From assembly GCF_006345805.1 (NCBI RefSeq), contig NW_021834219.1, positions 1-64,000 on the forward strand: DNA of 64,000 nt, given 5' to 3'. Of this stretch, positions 26,401 through 39,154 are shown piece after piece. The notes under the pieces were generated by a model. That model searched no databases. It saw only the letters and a program-made list of their open reading frames with translations, and was not told the origin of the DNA. Each line of letters starts with the position of its first letter. Position 1 is the first letter of the stretch. This stretch comes from Octopus sinensis. Its lineage: Eukaryota. The position numbers and the translations under genes were made by a program.

Positions 26401-26900
26401 CTATTACCCATTCTGGGTCTATTTGCGGTGGGTTTCTTCCCACCCTAATCCTAATGATTCTTTTGACCAAACAGTTTGGCATTAAATTCCATTTCTCTCC
26501 CTGTATCAGCGTGTTGTCAGTTTTTTCGCTTCCTCTTCTGATACAAAGGTTACTATTATAGTCGCATATTTCTTTCCTCTTGTAAAGAAAGTCATTCCTT
26601 CTTCTATTTGTTCCTCCAAGATTTCCTCTATCTCTTTCTGCGGCGCATGTTCTATTCTATTTACATTCGAAAATGTTCTGAATCTGACTGTCTTCTTTTC
26701 CATTTTTCTTTTTCCTCTTCAAGCAAGATCATTTTTATATTTGACCCTTCTTTTTTATCATATCATAATATTTGGCTATCTCCACCTTCAGTAGCCTCTG
26801 CGTAACTTTTCATTTTTTCAATTGTTTCACTACCACCCAACAACGGCGGTTTTGCTAAAAGAATCGGCTAGATTCCTTCCAAAAACAACATAAAAAGTGG
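23455..26900 (-). mobile_element. Outer ORF1-only (HAL1-like) retroposon, ~1.7 kb net of the nested insert
   Basis: TSD CTTGGTAGCT at 23445-23454 and 26901-26910. Decayed ORF ~26820-25640: EKMKSYAEAT...FFTRGKKY...RIRVGRNPPQIDPEW...CYGCGERGHLKKKC. 3' tail at 23455-23505. Confidence 0.75.
23797..25542 (+). mobile_element. Inner ORF1-only (HAL1-like) retroposon
   Basis: TSD ATCAGTTGCAA at 23786-23796 and 25543-25553. Decayed ORF from 23918: MEKMKTYATAT...FFTRGKKY...RIRVGRIPPKIEPEW...CYECGKRGHIRRRC. Tail TGTCCCATCTATGTTTAGCCGTTGTGGGTAATAAAGAA. Confidence 0.8.
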
Positions 26901-27190
26901 CTTGGTAGCTGTCGATGCTTATTCACCTTTGAAAACATATAGATTTCAAGTGAAATAAATTCACTGATCTACAAAATTAGAAATATTACATTTCTAAATG
27001 TCTTAGAGAGATTTATACACTAGCAGCACGATTAAATCATGGTTTGTTGCCAACTTAATGTGACAGTCCCAGGAAAGGTTTAGAAATGTAATATGTCTAA
27101 TTTTGTAGATCAGTGAATGTATTTCACTTGAAATTTTGTATGTTTTCAAAGGTGAATCGGCATCGAGAACTAACAAACTAAGCTATTCCA
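26901..27190. repeat. Inverted repeat (~100 bp arms) of the PLE-like host element
   Basis: TCGATGCTTATTCACCTTTGAAAACATA...CATTTCTAAA / TTTAGAAATGTAAT...TATGTTTTCAAAGGTGAATCGGCATCGA. Confidence 0.85.
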
Positions 27191-27592
27191 AACATAAGAA
27201 CAACCCTCTATCAGTTGTCGGCTGTTTATCTACTCCACATTCCGAACAGAATTTAAAATCAAAGAGAAAATAATTCACCGCCACACAAAGTGGCACCTGC
27301 AATGCTAGAAAGTTTATAATTTTCACATTACGATTTTGCGATATCATTCACTGATTCCTATAGTATTTTCTATAATACTGACAGACGAAGGTTCAGCGTC
27401 ACCACCTGCAATGGAGTAAGGATTATTGATGAGTATTTATTTCTAAACGAAATTAGCAAGCTAATCTAATACATTTTCTTGCGGTCAGTTCAAATAAAAT
27501 GTGCTGTCTGTGGCTAAAGTGTCTATGACACTTATATGTAGCAATGCTGGTGCTCACTTACCCTTAGTCATACACACACACACACACACACA

Positions 27593-27646
<54 letters not shown>

Positions 27647-27870
27647 GAAAATTATTAATTTATAATTAATAAATTTCACCAAGTAGTTTCGGTATGTAAA
27701 GGAACCATATTCGGTAAAAACTTATACAAGAAGTTTTATATATAATATAACAATAATTAAGGGTTTAGCAACATGTTGCTTAACCACATACCGAAAAATT
27801 TAGAAATAGCAGCCAAAAGACCGTTATTTCTTTTTGCTACAACTTGTTGCTAAACCCTTAATTATTGTTA

Positions 27871-27912
<42 letters not shown>

Positions 27913-27915
<3 letters not shown>

Positions 27916-28016
27916 CGTTGAAGGAAATGTTCGTGCGCCGCGTTAAGTATTATTTTAACACGTTAGAGTGTTAAAATAATGCTTAACACGGCGCACGAAC
28001 TTTTCCCTCAACCTAG
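27913..28016. mobile_element. MADE1-like mariner MITE (near-perfect hairpin)
   Basis: TTACGTTGAAGGAAATGTTCGTGCGCCGCGTTAAGTATTATTTTAACAC / GTGTTAAAATAATGCTTAACACGGCGCACGAACTTTTCCCTCAACCTAG; ends resemble TTAGGTTG mariner TIRs. Confidence 0.7.
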
Positions 28017-28349
28017 TGTGTGTGTGTGGGTGTGTGTGTGTGTGGTGTGTGTGTGTGTGGCATTTAAATTCCTCATCAAGGTTTTTCACTGCTGTCAATG
28101 CAATTTCTAATTTTTAATATTTAATTCTAAAGTTTTAGTAAGGTTTTGTTAAATTCGCTATTTCACTCCACATACCTTGTCTTATATTTTCATGCATATT
28201 CTTATATCATAAATTGCTTATTTCTATTATTTTCTTAATTAATACTTTTAATATGTTCTGAATGTCTTAATGTATTTGTTGTATTAATGTACGTCATAAA
28301 TACAAGATGATTATTTAATTTTGTTTCTTCTTTAAATTATATATATAAA

Positions 28350-28675
28350 GGTTAAAGACCCCCTTCGGTCATGAATGACCATGGGATTGCACCTAGAAAG
28401 TTACCCTCCTAGACACAAGTCCGGGCAAGGTTGTTTATGGAAGACCAGCAGTCGCCCATGCATACCAGCCTCCCCTCTCCACGCCACCAGTGTTATCCAA
28501 GGGAAAGACAAAGGTCGATACAGCTTGGCACCAGTGACGTCGCAACTCATTTCTACAGCTGAGTGAACTGGAGCAACGTGAAATAAAGTGCCTTGCTCAA
28601 GAACACAACACGCAGCCCGGTCCGGGATTCGAGCTCACACCTCACGATCGTAAGCTCGACGCTCTAACCACTGAG

Positions 28676-28677
<2 letters not shown>
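28350..28677 (-). mobile_element. tRNA-derived SINE family B
   Basis: Head GGCTCAGTGGTTAGAGCGTCGAGCTTACGATCGTGAGG...TCGAATCCCGG. The 3' part is shared with 38135-38300. Confidence 0.85.
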
Positions 28678-28715
<38 letters not shown>

Positions 28716-30515
28716 TATAATCACTCCAAATCCACTCACAAACGCTTGGTCGGCCTGAGGCTATAGTAGAAGACACTTGCCCCGGGACTGAACCTGGTAT
28801 CATTTATTTGGAAAGCGAGCTTCTTACCACACACGTGCTTCCGTACACTTTGTGCCTGCCAAATTCATCCCCAAGTCATTATTGGGCTTGAGCGAACAGT
28901 AGAAGACAGCTGGCCAAGTTGTCGTATGGTGGAACTGAACCCGAAACAAGATGGTTGAAAAGTGAGCTTTGTATTAACACAGCTTTACCCGCGCCTATGG
29001 TGAGTGTTGTTCATTTTGTCTCTGAACCATCATGAAGAAAAGCAATGTCACCCTCGACAGCATTTGAGCTCAGAATGTGAAGATATGTTAACGATTCTGT
29101 CAGATCGCCACCTTAGATTTGAAAGTAATTTCTGCTGCTATTTTTCTTACCTGAGAAACCACTTCGAAGCAGCCACCTTCCGTTTTATTGCTGACCGTTT
29201 TCAGATAGTTATTGTTGTTGCTGTTGTTCCATTGTTATCAAAATGTACCTGTAAGTATTCCGTTGACATTGACCTTTATGGTGGCACTAATTGCTTTTTA
29301 TAATCACTTGGCTATAGACCACTTCATATTGTCCCTTCCTACTTCTTTCTCTCCCTACCTCTCTCTGTTTCTCGCTTTCTTTCTGTATCCTTCTGTAACT
29401 CTCTGTCCGTCTCTCGCCATTTCTCTTTCTCCTTGCGTCTCTCTGCCTGTCTCTCTCTCACTCTTTCTCTTTCTTTTCCCCTCTCTGTCTATCTCTCTTT
29501 CTCTCTCCCGCTTTCTCTCTCTGTCCTCCTCCCGCTCTCTGTCCATCTGTCTGTCTCACTCTCTCTTTATCTTTCTCTCTGTGTCACTCTATCTGTCTAT
29601 CCTCTTACACGCCGAGATTTCTTTCTTTTGTTTGCCGTCTTCCTCCTTCCTTCTTCCTTTTTCCTTCTTTCTTACTCTCCTTTCTACTCTTTGCACTGAA
29701 CTAGTAACTTTTTCACGATTACTGACACCCGGCAATCAAGGCAAAAAGGATCGCAGCTTAACTAAACCCACCCACGGCGCTTGACCGAATGGCGCAAATC
29801 AACTGGGCATTCTGGTAGTATTTGAAAGAGGAGAGAATGTGCCAAAAAGTCAAGTTGTGTTGCTCGCTGGTCACTTATCCATTTAACTTCAATACCCACG
29901 CACAGAACACAGGTGGATCATTCAGACAAAAAGAATGCATTTCCTTTAAAATCTCCATAAATAAAACTAATTTCACTTTCATTTCATAAATGTCATTTCT
30001 TTATAGTATTTATTTTCCATTGTTTTCATTCTGTTTTTAAACTAATTCGATTATATGTATAATTGTCCATTTCCTTCTTCAGTGTCCCACTTTTAGTTCG
30101 CACTTACGCACGTATTTATGTATGTATGTATGTATGTATGTATGTATGTATGTATGTATGTATGTATGTATGTATGTATGTATGTTCGCTTCTTTTTAAT
30201 TTTAGAGGAAATTTTAACTGGCCACCCACTTTGTAGTAAGGTTGTGAAGAAAACTAACTTGTTTCAATCATCATCGGCTAAATCTTGAGAAGGTCTTCAA
30301 GATTTTTATGGCCCAAGATATCGTGATCATTTGTTGCATATGATTTGCATTTTCTTTCACAAAGATCGCAAATTCAGCCATATTTTGCTCCAAATGGGTA
30401 TTCTGTTGCTCCAATAATAATGGGTGTAAAGATGAATGTTTATGTTGGGTACTGGATTTGTAAACTCATTATCAAGGGTCTATAGATGTCATGTGTATGT
30501 ATATCTGTATATCTG

Positions 30516-30626
<111 letters not shown>

Positions 30627-31236
30627 ATGTACCTACGTATGTATGTATGAATGAATGAATGTTTGAATGTTTTCATGAATTTTTGTATGAATATGTTTAT
30701 TTATGCATATGTATATAAGTGAATGTATATGTTTATGTATGAAGGTTTTGTGTATGTAGATATTTTAATTTCTGTGTATTTGTGAGTGTGCCTATATGTG
30801 TACAGGTGTACGTGTGTATGAGTGTGTGTACGCGTGTAAGTGCCTATTTTCATGTTGCTATTGTTGTTATTTGACCCTCAAAATTAATTCTAAACCGATA
30901 TAAAACTATGATCAAATGCATTCCATATAGTCAAGCAGGAACCTATATGATATATCATACAGTGTTAAAAATATATATATATATTAGCGACAGAGGTAGC
31001 TTTAATACCGAGACGGAATATTTACGAGTAAAGAGTACATTTTGCTCCAAAAAGTCAATATGAGAGTTTCTCCCATGGTAATTACCGCAGTATAACTTGT
31101 TTTAATTAAACATCCAAGTTTAAGTGGGGATACATATTATATAGTGTGTCTTTCTTTTCTAAGAACAGTAAGGTATAACTTGAAAGGTATTCCGTTGCTA
31201 CTTCTTGCAAGAGTAGCGGTCAATTAAGGCTCGATA

Positions 31237-31285
<49 letters not shown>

Positions 31286-31396
31286 TATTGTTATTAGCAA
31301 TAGTAATACCGAGATAATATGGTAAGATGATTTACGGAAAATAACAGCTAAATTTCCCTCAGATCACTTTCTTATTGTTTTTGATAATTAGATGGG

Positions 31397-31514
31397 TGCA
31401 GGCTTGGCTGTGTGGCAAGAGGCTTGCTTCCCAACCATCCAGATTCAGTCCCACTGCATGACGACCAAAGCCTTGTAAGGGATTTTGTTAGACGACGGAA
31501 ACTAAAAGACCGTC

Positions 31515-31569
<55 letters not shown>

Positions 31570-32190
31570 TAGATATATATATTCATATGTGTGTGTATGT
31601 GCACACGCGTGTGTCTACGTTTGTCTCCCACCACCGCTTGAAAACTGTAACCTCAGCGATTCGGCAAAAAAAAAGAAGACCGATAGAATAAGTACCAGGC
31701 TTAAGGAAAAATAAGTACTGGGGTCGATTTAATCGACTAAAATTCTCGAAGCTGGTGCCCAAACAAGGCCGCCGTCTAAAGCCTAAAGCAAGTAAAAGAG
31801 AGAAAACAATAGGCGTAGGAGTGGCTGTGTGGTAAGTAGCTTGTTTCCCAACCGCATGGCTCTCCGTTCAGTCCCGCTGCATAACACTTTAGGCAGCAAG
31901 TGTCTTCTACTATAGCTTCGGGCCGACCAAAGCCTTCTGTGTGGATTTGATAGACGGAAACTGAAGGATGACCGTCGTGTGTGTGTATGTGCGTGTATGT
32001 GTGTATGTGTGTTAATATGTGTGTGAGTGTGCGTGCGTGTGTATTTGTGAGTCCCCTACTACCGCTTGACAACTGGTGCTGGTGCGTTTACTTCCTCGTA
32101 ACTTTCCGGTACGGCAAAATATATCGATAGAATAAGTACCAGGTTTAATAAAAATAACTCCTGGAGGTCGATTCATTCTACTTAAAATTT
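31397..32190 (+). mobile_element. Two tandem SINE family A copies
   Basis: Heads at ~31400 and ~31812, each followed by a microsatellite and a tail. Confidence 0.85.
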
Positions 32191-32339
32191 CTTAAAGATA
32201 TATTTGTACGTAAGCGTGTATGTGTTTATGTGATTCTTATAATATTTTTTCCAGTTTTCTTTCCTTTTATATTCTTCCCTCTCTGTCTCTGTCTGACCCT
32301 ATCTTTTTCCCTTTCTCTATCTGTCTGTCTGCATGTCTA

Positions 32340-32376
<37 letters not shown>

Positions 32377-33365
32377 TCCTCATCCCGCCTCTCTCTCTGT
32401 TAGTTTCCGTTCTTTCAGCTTCTTTCTGGCTTCCTTCCAGCTAATTGGCATCAATAATAGCTTTGCTAATAGTTTGTATGCGTCCTTTGTATACCGATGT
32501 ACATTGTAAAAACATTGACATTGCAAATTCAATATATCGCGTTCGGTTGAGAGTTTTATCTTTTTTTTTTAAGTTAAACAGTGTCAAAACAATAAAATGA
32601 AACAAAAACAAAGAAAAAATGGAAAAGAAGAAAGAAAAGGGAATATTTGCAGAATTTAAAGTTCTTGTAATTGCAGCAGGAGTAGTAGTAGAAACGCTAG
32701 TCGTAGTTTCTTGCTGTTGATGCAATTCTTGTAGTTTCTCCTGTAGTACTTTCTGCTAATACTATTATTACGGTTGTTTGTTTGCTTGTTTGTTGCCGCG
32801 TCTGCTATTCTAAATTGCGTATCTTTAAACGATTCGTAGGATGTAGTTAGTGGAAATAAACTGTAGCAAGTGTAAAGACAAACCATATATCTACTCATTT
32901 ATTTGCAGCACACCTTCCATTTACCAGTTTCTCTCCTCTCCCTGCGAATTTTATACACATACACACGCACACATACATGCGTATAAATATATATATACAT
33001 ATACACAGGTACATATATATTCATACACACACATATATATGCATGTATGTAAGTATTTATATACATATGTATGTGTATATATAATTATACATATATATAC
33101 ATACATATACATACATATATATATGTATGTATATCTATATATGTATATGCATGTAAATATAATTACACAACTATACAAACATGCACACGTACACACACAC
33201 ACATACATATATGTACATAAACACATATATATATGTATTTATATATACACACATATATTTATACATACATACATATATATGTATAGTATCCATATAGGTG
33301 TGTGTTCCAGTATCACTTTTGTTGTGATGATTTAAACGAACTGAAGGACCTACGTATATATATAT

Positions 33366-33416
<51 letters not shown>

Positions 33417-33959
33417 TATGTAGCCGCCTAACATAATAGTATAAGTATATATTAACTCAATTTGTTTTTCCTGGGACAATGTCGTTGTATGCATGGCTTA
33501 ATCATCACTGTAGATCTTGTAGTAGTTTCTGTTCCTGTATTTTTATATTGTAAGTCTTTTTTGTTTTTCCGTTCTGTAATTTGTTACATTACGAAAGTAT
33601 CAACAAGAGCTTGTGCCGTGGAGGTAATATTGTGATAAATTCATTAGAATCAGCCAAAGCGAACGGTTTTCGGAACGAATGAAAAAGAAGACAAGAAAGA
33701 GAACAGTTGAATTCAAATAGCGGGAGAGAAAGATAGAGAAGCGGAAGAATGTGACAGAGAGGGCGAGAGAGAGATGGATGAGCCAACATAAGTTTCAGAA
33801 TGTAAATATATAAGACATCAATTTAAGCTGAACTTCATCAAATGTATTTGGTGGGGCGGGGAAGTAAATGGAATGATTTCTGTTATCAAAATCAATGTAA
33901 TCTGCATTTAAGGAAGATTAAAATACGCATGCGCATACTTCAACCATAGTCGTATACAT

Positions 33960-34625
33960 TATTGTTTACTATTATGGCTGGGTTCCAGCTCTGGCCGTAG
34001 ATTGGCAAAGTCCACCTGCCACATTTCTCGGCTCAAAATAACTGCCGCCAAGACATGAATACATTTTAGGTCAGTGTCTGCAGTCAAGTTGTCAATGTGT
34101 GACGACGTTTTCCTCTTCTTACATCCCCACAAAGTGGGTCCCACAAGACTAATTTGGATGCTCCCAGGTCATGGTTGCACACATAGTGATAAGATGGTTG
34201 CAGTCGTCTTTGCCTGATCTTCTCGCTAACTTTCAGCAGGTTTCCAATAAAGGTATTCTTTTTTCATATGACGCTGCCATTTCACATTTAGAGCCATTCG
34301 TAGCATCATTGGGTACCAGCCATCTAGCCCGTTCAATAATTTCTGTGTCAGTGTCCAAGTTTCATTGATTATAGCACTGATTACTATTTGCAAGCTGTTG
34401 CTTATAACATAGCATTTATTATTATGGCAAGGTTCCAGAACTGACCACAGCAACATAGTCCACCTGCCACGCTTCTCGGTCCAACACGACTACCTCCAGC
34501 TCCTGGATACATTCCGGACCAGTGTCTGCGATCAATTTGGATGATTCAAGTCGAAGGTGGCGCACGCATTGACCAGAGAGTCGCAGCCGTTTTTGCCTGA
34601 ACTTCTTTAATTTTCGGCCTGTTTC
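33960..34625 (-). pseudogene. RTE-type LINE, two 3' end fragments
   Basis: ETWTLTQKLLNGLDGWYPMMLRMALNVKWQRH, and two ends ADT...DREAWQ / SREMWQ typical of RTE C-termini. Confidence 0.7.
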
Positions 34626-34734
34626 ACTACACAAGTACATTCACACAAACAAGAATACACATACGCACAGAGAGAGGCATATTTATGGGTGTTTGCCTGT
34701 TTATATACGTTTTAGATTTTGGAACGACGCAAGT

Positions 34735-34915
34735 AATTTCGGGGTAGGAGGTAAGTCAATTAAATCGACACTAGTGCTGGTATTTATATTTCATGGATCC
34801 CGGAAGGATAAACTGTAAAGTCGGCTTTGGCAGAACTTGAATTCAGAATGTGAAGACGGACAGAATACCGTCAAGCACTTTGACCAGCGAGTTAACGCTT
34901 CAGTCGGCTGGTCGC
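34735..34915 (-). mobile_element. SINE family C, diverged
   Basis: Homolog of 59691-59921 (AAAGTCGGCTTTGGCAGAACTTGAATTCAGAATGTGAAGACGGAC). Confidence 0.7.
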
Positions 34916-35037
34916 TCTTTTGCGTTAGTGCGTGTGTGTGTGTTTGCGTACGCACGTTTGTGTGCGCGCCTGTGTGTTTGTGAATGTATATATAAGTATA
35001 TATATATACATACATGTATACATATATATATTATATA

Positions 35038-35078
<41 letters not shown>

Positions 35079-35144
35079 ATATATATATATATATATATAT
35101 ATATAAGTATATATGTACATAGATATGTACTATATATATTGTAT

Positions 35145-35185
<41 letters not shown>

Positions 35186-35679
35186 ATTATACTTATAATT
35201 ACAATTATATTTATCAAGAGGATTCAATAGATTCGAGATATTTTAATAACAGATATCAAAGTAGAGTCAAGGACAACATACCCGTATACCATACTATAAC
35301 TGGGATGATAACTTTTTCTGTTTTCTACTTTCACCATGCTATAGGTGTGTAGAATGATTTATTTCCACACATATTTAAGATCTCCAATTTTCTCTCTGAA
35401 TCGGCACTGAGATGAGAGTCATTATATTATGCATCCTATGGTATTTGTGTGAAAAGTCTCAAATGTTAAATTCTATTTTAATTTTATTTTACTTGATGAA
35501 ACTGTTCTTACACATGATGTAATTAATCTGTTCATGAATAAAGAAATCGTCTGAAACAGCTGTAGTGAAGCTCAACTCATCTGTCTTATATGTGGGTGTG
35601 GATATGTGTGTTTGCGTGTGCGTGCATTAACAGACAATTACATATATGTTATATTTATATGTACATGACACTCTCTCTC

Positions 35680-35781
<102 letters not shown>

Positions 35782-36967
35782 GTATATATACATACATTCA
35801 TACATATACATGCACATACATACACGCAAGCATATATATTCTTAGAAGCCTCTGGTCGAATTGGAAGTGTCTTTATGCATCGGCGTACACCGCCTCTGTT
35901 GGTCTGCTCGATACTGTAATACTGTGATATTTTGATACGCATGCCTGTATATCTGTATGTATATACCGAGTTAATATATAACCATGCATGTTATGTAAGA
36001 CTCATTAATCAAAAATCGAGCTATTCCCATGAAATCAATTACATTAATAATAATGTTTCTGAGAAGGAAATGAAAATATATGGTTGTGTCTCGTAGATAT
36101 TGTACAAAACTGATATCAATATATTATCTAAATCCAGAGGAGAAATTTCTTTTGCTATTCCTATAAGTCACCCCAGCCGGGATGATCAAGGAGGATATGC
36201 AGAGATACACATACACAAACACAGACACATACACATATTTTGTTATTGAAATTCCAAAATTGGTTTCTCTCGCGAATCAAACTTAACGCCATTGCGATCA
36301 TCAGGCAAAAGCCCTGGGAACCGCAGTGGCAGGAAACACTACTCACTCAGTTTCTATAAAGAAAGCATATAATTTATAACTTGAACTGAGCACTTCTCTT
36401 TCATTTGTTCGATGCAAAGCAACATACTTATTTCAGCATATGGAACCATCAATCCCGACTCGTTTTTTCACTCTTCGTTTCCTCTCTCTGTCTATGTCTT
36501 TGTCTCTGTCTGTCTGTCTGTCTCTATCTCTCCTCCTCTCTCTCCATTTTGTTTCATCTCATTTCTTTCTGCGGAAATCGTAGGCTCGAAACGTCAAAGA
36601 CTTTTCCATTTTTCCCGAGCGCCAAACTAATATTCCTGCTTGTTGTTCCCTCTGATTGTATCTTTTCTTTTCTCTACATTTAAACCATGTATATTAGCGA
36701 CAGACGCAATATTGATAGCGCGATATAATATTTATCCCCACTTAAACGTGGATGCTTTATTAGAACAAACTATACAGCGAAGTTACCAAGAGAGAAACTC
36801 TCATATTGGCTTATTTTTGGTACAAAATGCACTCGTCTGTATAGCTATCGAGGATATATACATGTCTGTGTGTGTATATGTGTTTGTGGATGTATATGTG
36901 TGTGCGCGCGCGCCTGTGTACACACATAAACACACATACACACACACATATACACTCACATTTGTTA

Positions 36968-37162
36968 TGTTAGATGATACAGGACAACAAAAACCAAAGC
37001 AGGAGGGGTATTTCAAAGCATTTAGAATAATTTAATTAGAGTAAGGTGAATTTCAATTTGAAGCCTTACAAATTTGAAGATTTCAAATTCACCTTAGCCT
37101 AATTAAACTATTCTTGAGATACTTGTCTTACCTTGATTTTGTTGTCCTGTATCCTCTAATAT
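36968..37162. repeat. Foldback element
   Basis: TAGATGATACAGGACAACAAAA / TTTTGTTGTCCTGTATCCTCTA and TAAGGTGAATTT / AAATTCACCTTA. Confidence 0.75.
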
Positions 37163-37293
37163 ATACCTGCTAACTCGGAAGCCTAATACGGATCCCTAGC
37201 TCTAGCCTCAGCTGTGAACTTAAAACCTGACAGATGACCAGTTATAACACTTACTCAGCGTACCTATTCGTTTAGACCACCAATACACACACA

Positions 37294-37328
<35 letters not shown>

Positions 37329-37990
37329 AGAGAGAGAGTGAGAGAGAGAGAGTGGTTGTATACTGTCAATTTAACGTGACAGTAGGGGATTACACCACCG
37401 CTGCTCAGCCTTAGGAAGCATCGACGCTTCCTGTCGGCCTTGAACATATGTTTACGTTCCCATCATCAGTCTAGAGTATCAAATGCTTCCTAGGGCTAAA
37501 GTGGTGAGGTAATTCCCTTTACAGGACTGGCTGACGGTTAGTAAGGAGAGACACAATAAGAAAGAAGAAAACAAAGAGGACCACTGATGCAGTTACAGGA
37601 GTGTGACGAAAGAACTCTGGCCGAAATAAGATTAAGATTAACGTAAAAAATAAATAACACTGAAGCAAAATAACACACAGATATATAGTGCGTGTGTTTT
37701 TATTGGCTAAACCGGCAAAATGACAATTCCAAAATATAACAATATCTGTTTCAAACACACGACTTCACATAAAAAAATCTTGCACAACAAATATTATATA
37801 TATATATATCTATATATATTATATATATATACATATATATGTATATACATATATAAATATATGTCTACATACATACGTACATACATACATACACATATAT
37901 ACATATACACACTGATATATAATTATCGGTGATACATATATGCGTATATATATATGCATACTTATTTGTATGTATATATATATATATGTA

Positions 37991-38033
<43 letters not shown>

Positions 38034-38482
38034 AATATATATTATTAGTATACATACACACGTGTATACATACATACATACGTACATTTATATACAGAGA
38101 CACACACACGCACACGTATATATATGTTGTGTTGTGACCCCCTTCGGTCATAAATGACCATGGGATTGCACCTATAAAGTTACCCTAGGCAAGGTTGTTT
38201 ATGGAAGTCCATCAGTCGGCCATGCATACCACCGATGTTATCCAAGGGAAAGGCAAAGGCCGATACAGCTTGGCATCTGTGACCTCGCAGCTCATTTATT
38301 AACGTGCAAGTGGCCGAGCAATTCTCAGAGACGGGTACCCTTAACGTAGTTCTCGGGGAGATTCTGCGTGACACAGTGTGTGACAATGCTGGCCCTTTGA
38401 ACAACAATCCTATACATTCAGGCCATACAAATGTGATAACTGGACATATCGTCTTCATTTCAGTGTTCAACACTAAATTCAG

Positions 38483-38519
<37 letters not shown>

Positions 38520-38891
38520 AAATATGGAGGTGGAAACAGAAGAAAAGTAGATGGAAGACTTTTAAATTTAGAAAGAATTTAATAAAATCATTTAAAAATT
38601 ATAAAGAGACAATATAATATATTAACGGTTTCGATGATGAATCAAATATTAAAAAAATTTAATTTATAAACATTTGATGTAAAAACAGTTTAGCTTCTGT
38701 TTGGTGGTTAAATCATCTCTGGAGTTTTTTCATTGAAGTCTTATGCAAATATGGTTTGTTATAGTGTTCAAGGTGTTAGAGAGAAAGAGATAGTGTGTAA
38801 TTGTCTATTGTCTTAAAAATCTCTGTGGGTTCGTGCCGAAGGAGTGGTTTACAAGCATTTATTGAATTGTTTTATGCCCATCTGTTTGTGT

Positions 38892-38949
<58 letters not shown>

Positions 38950-39154
38950 ACCGTAAAAGTTCATACATACGTCTATATACGCACAAGCACAAGAAAAACC
39001 ATGGTTAAAGGTAACATAAAAAAACATAAGGAAGTACACAAATCATAAAAACCACGTTCATATACGGACATGCCCTTATGCACTCATACACACACACGTC
39101 CATATATGTACATACCCGCACATGTTTATATACGCATACACACACATGCAAATA

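Noticed and set aside
28590-28680. tRNA-like A/B boxes here and at 43590 and 180-236
   Set aside because: No full cloverleaf, and each continues into SINE body sequence, so these are SINE heads rather than tRNA genes.
29690-29950. Unique sequence after a long polypyrimidine tract, possible exon or enhancer
   Set aside because: No identifiable reading frame or motif; conservation cannot be assessed here.
32441-32898. Non-repetitive-looking stretch with short minus-strand ORFs (MSRYMVCLY..., MHQQQETTT...)
   Set aside because: No recognisable domain and no convincing splice pair. It could be a UTR or regulatory DNA, but this cannot be supported without RNA data.
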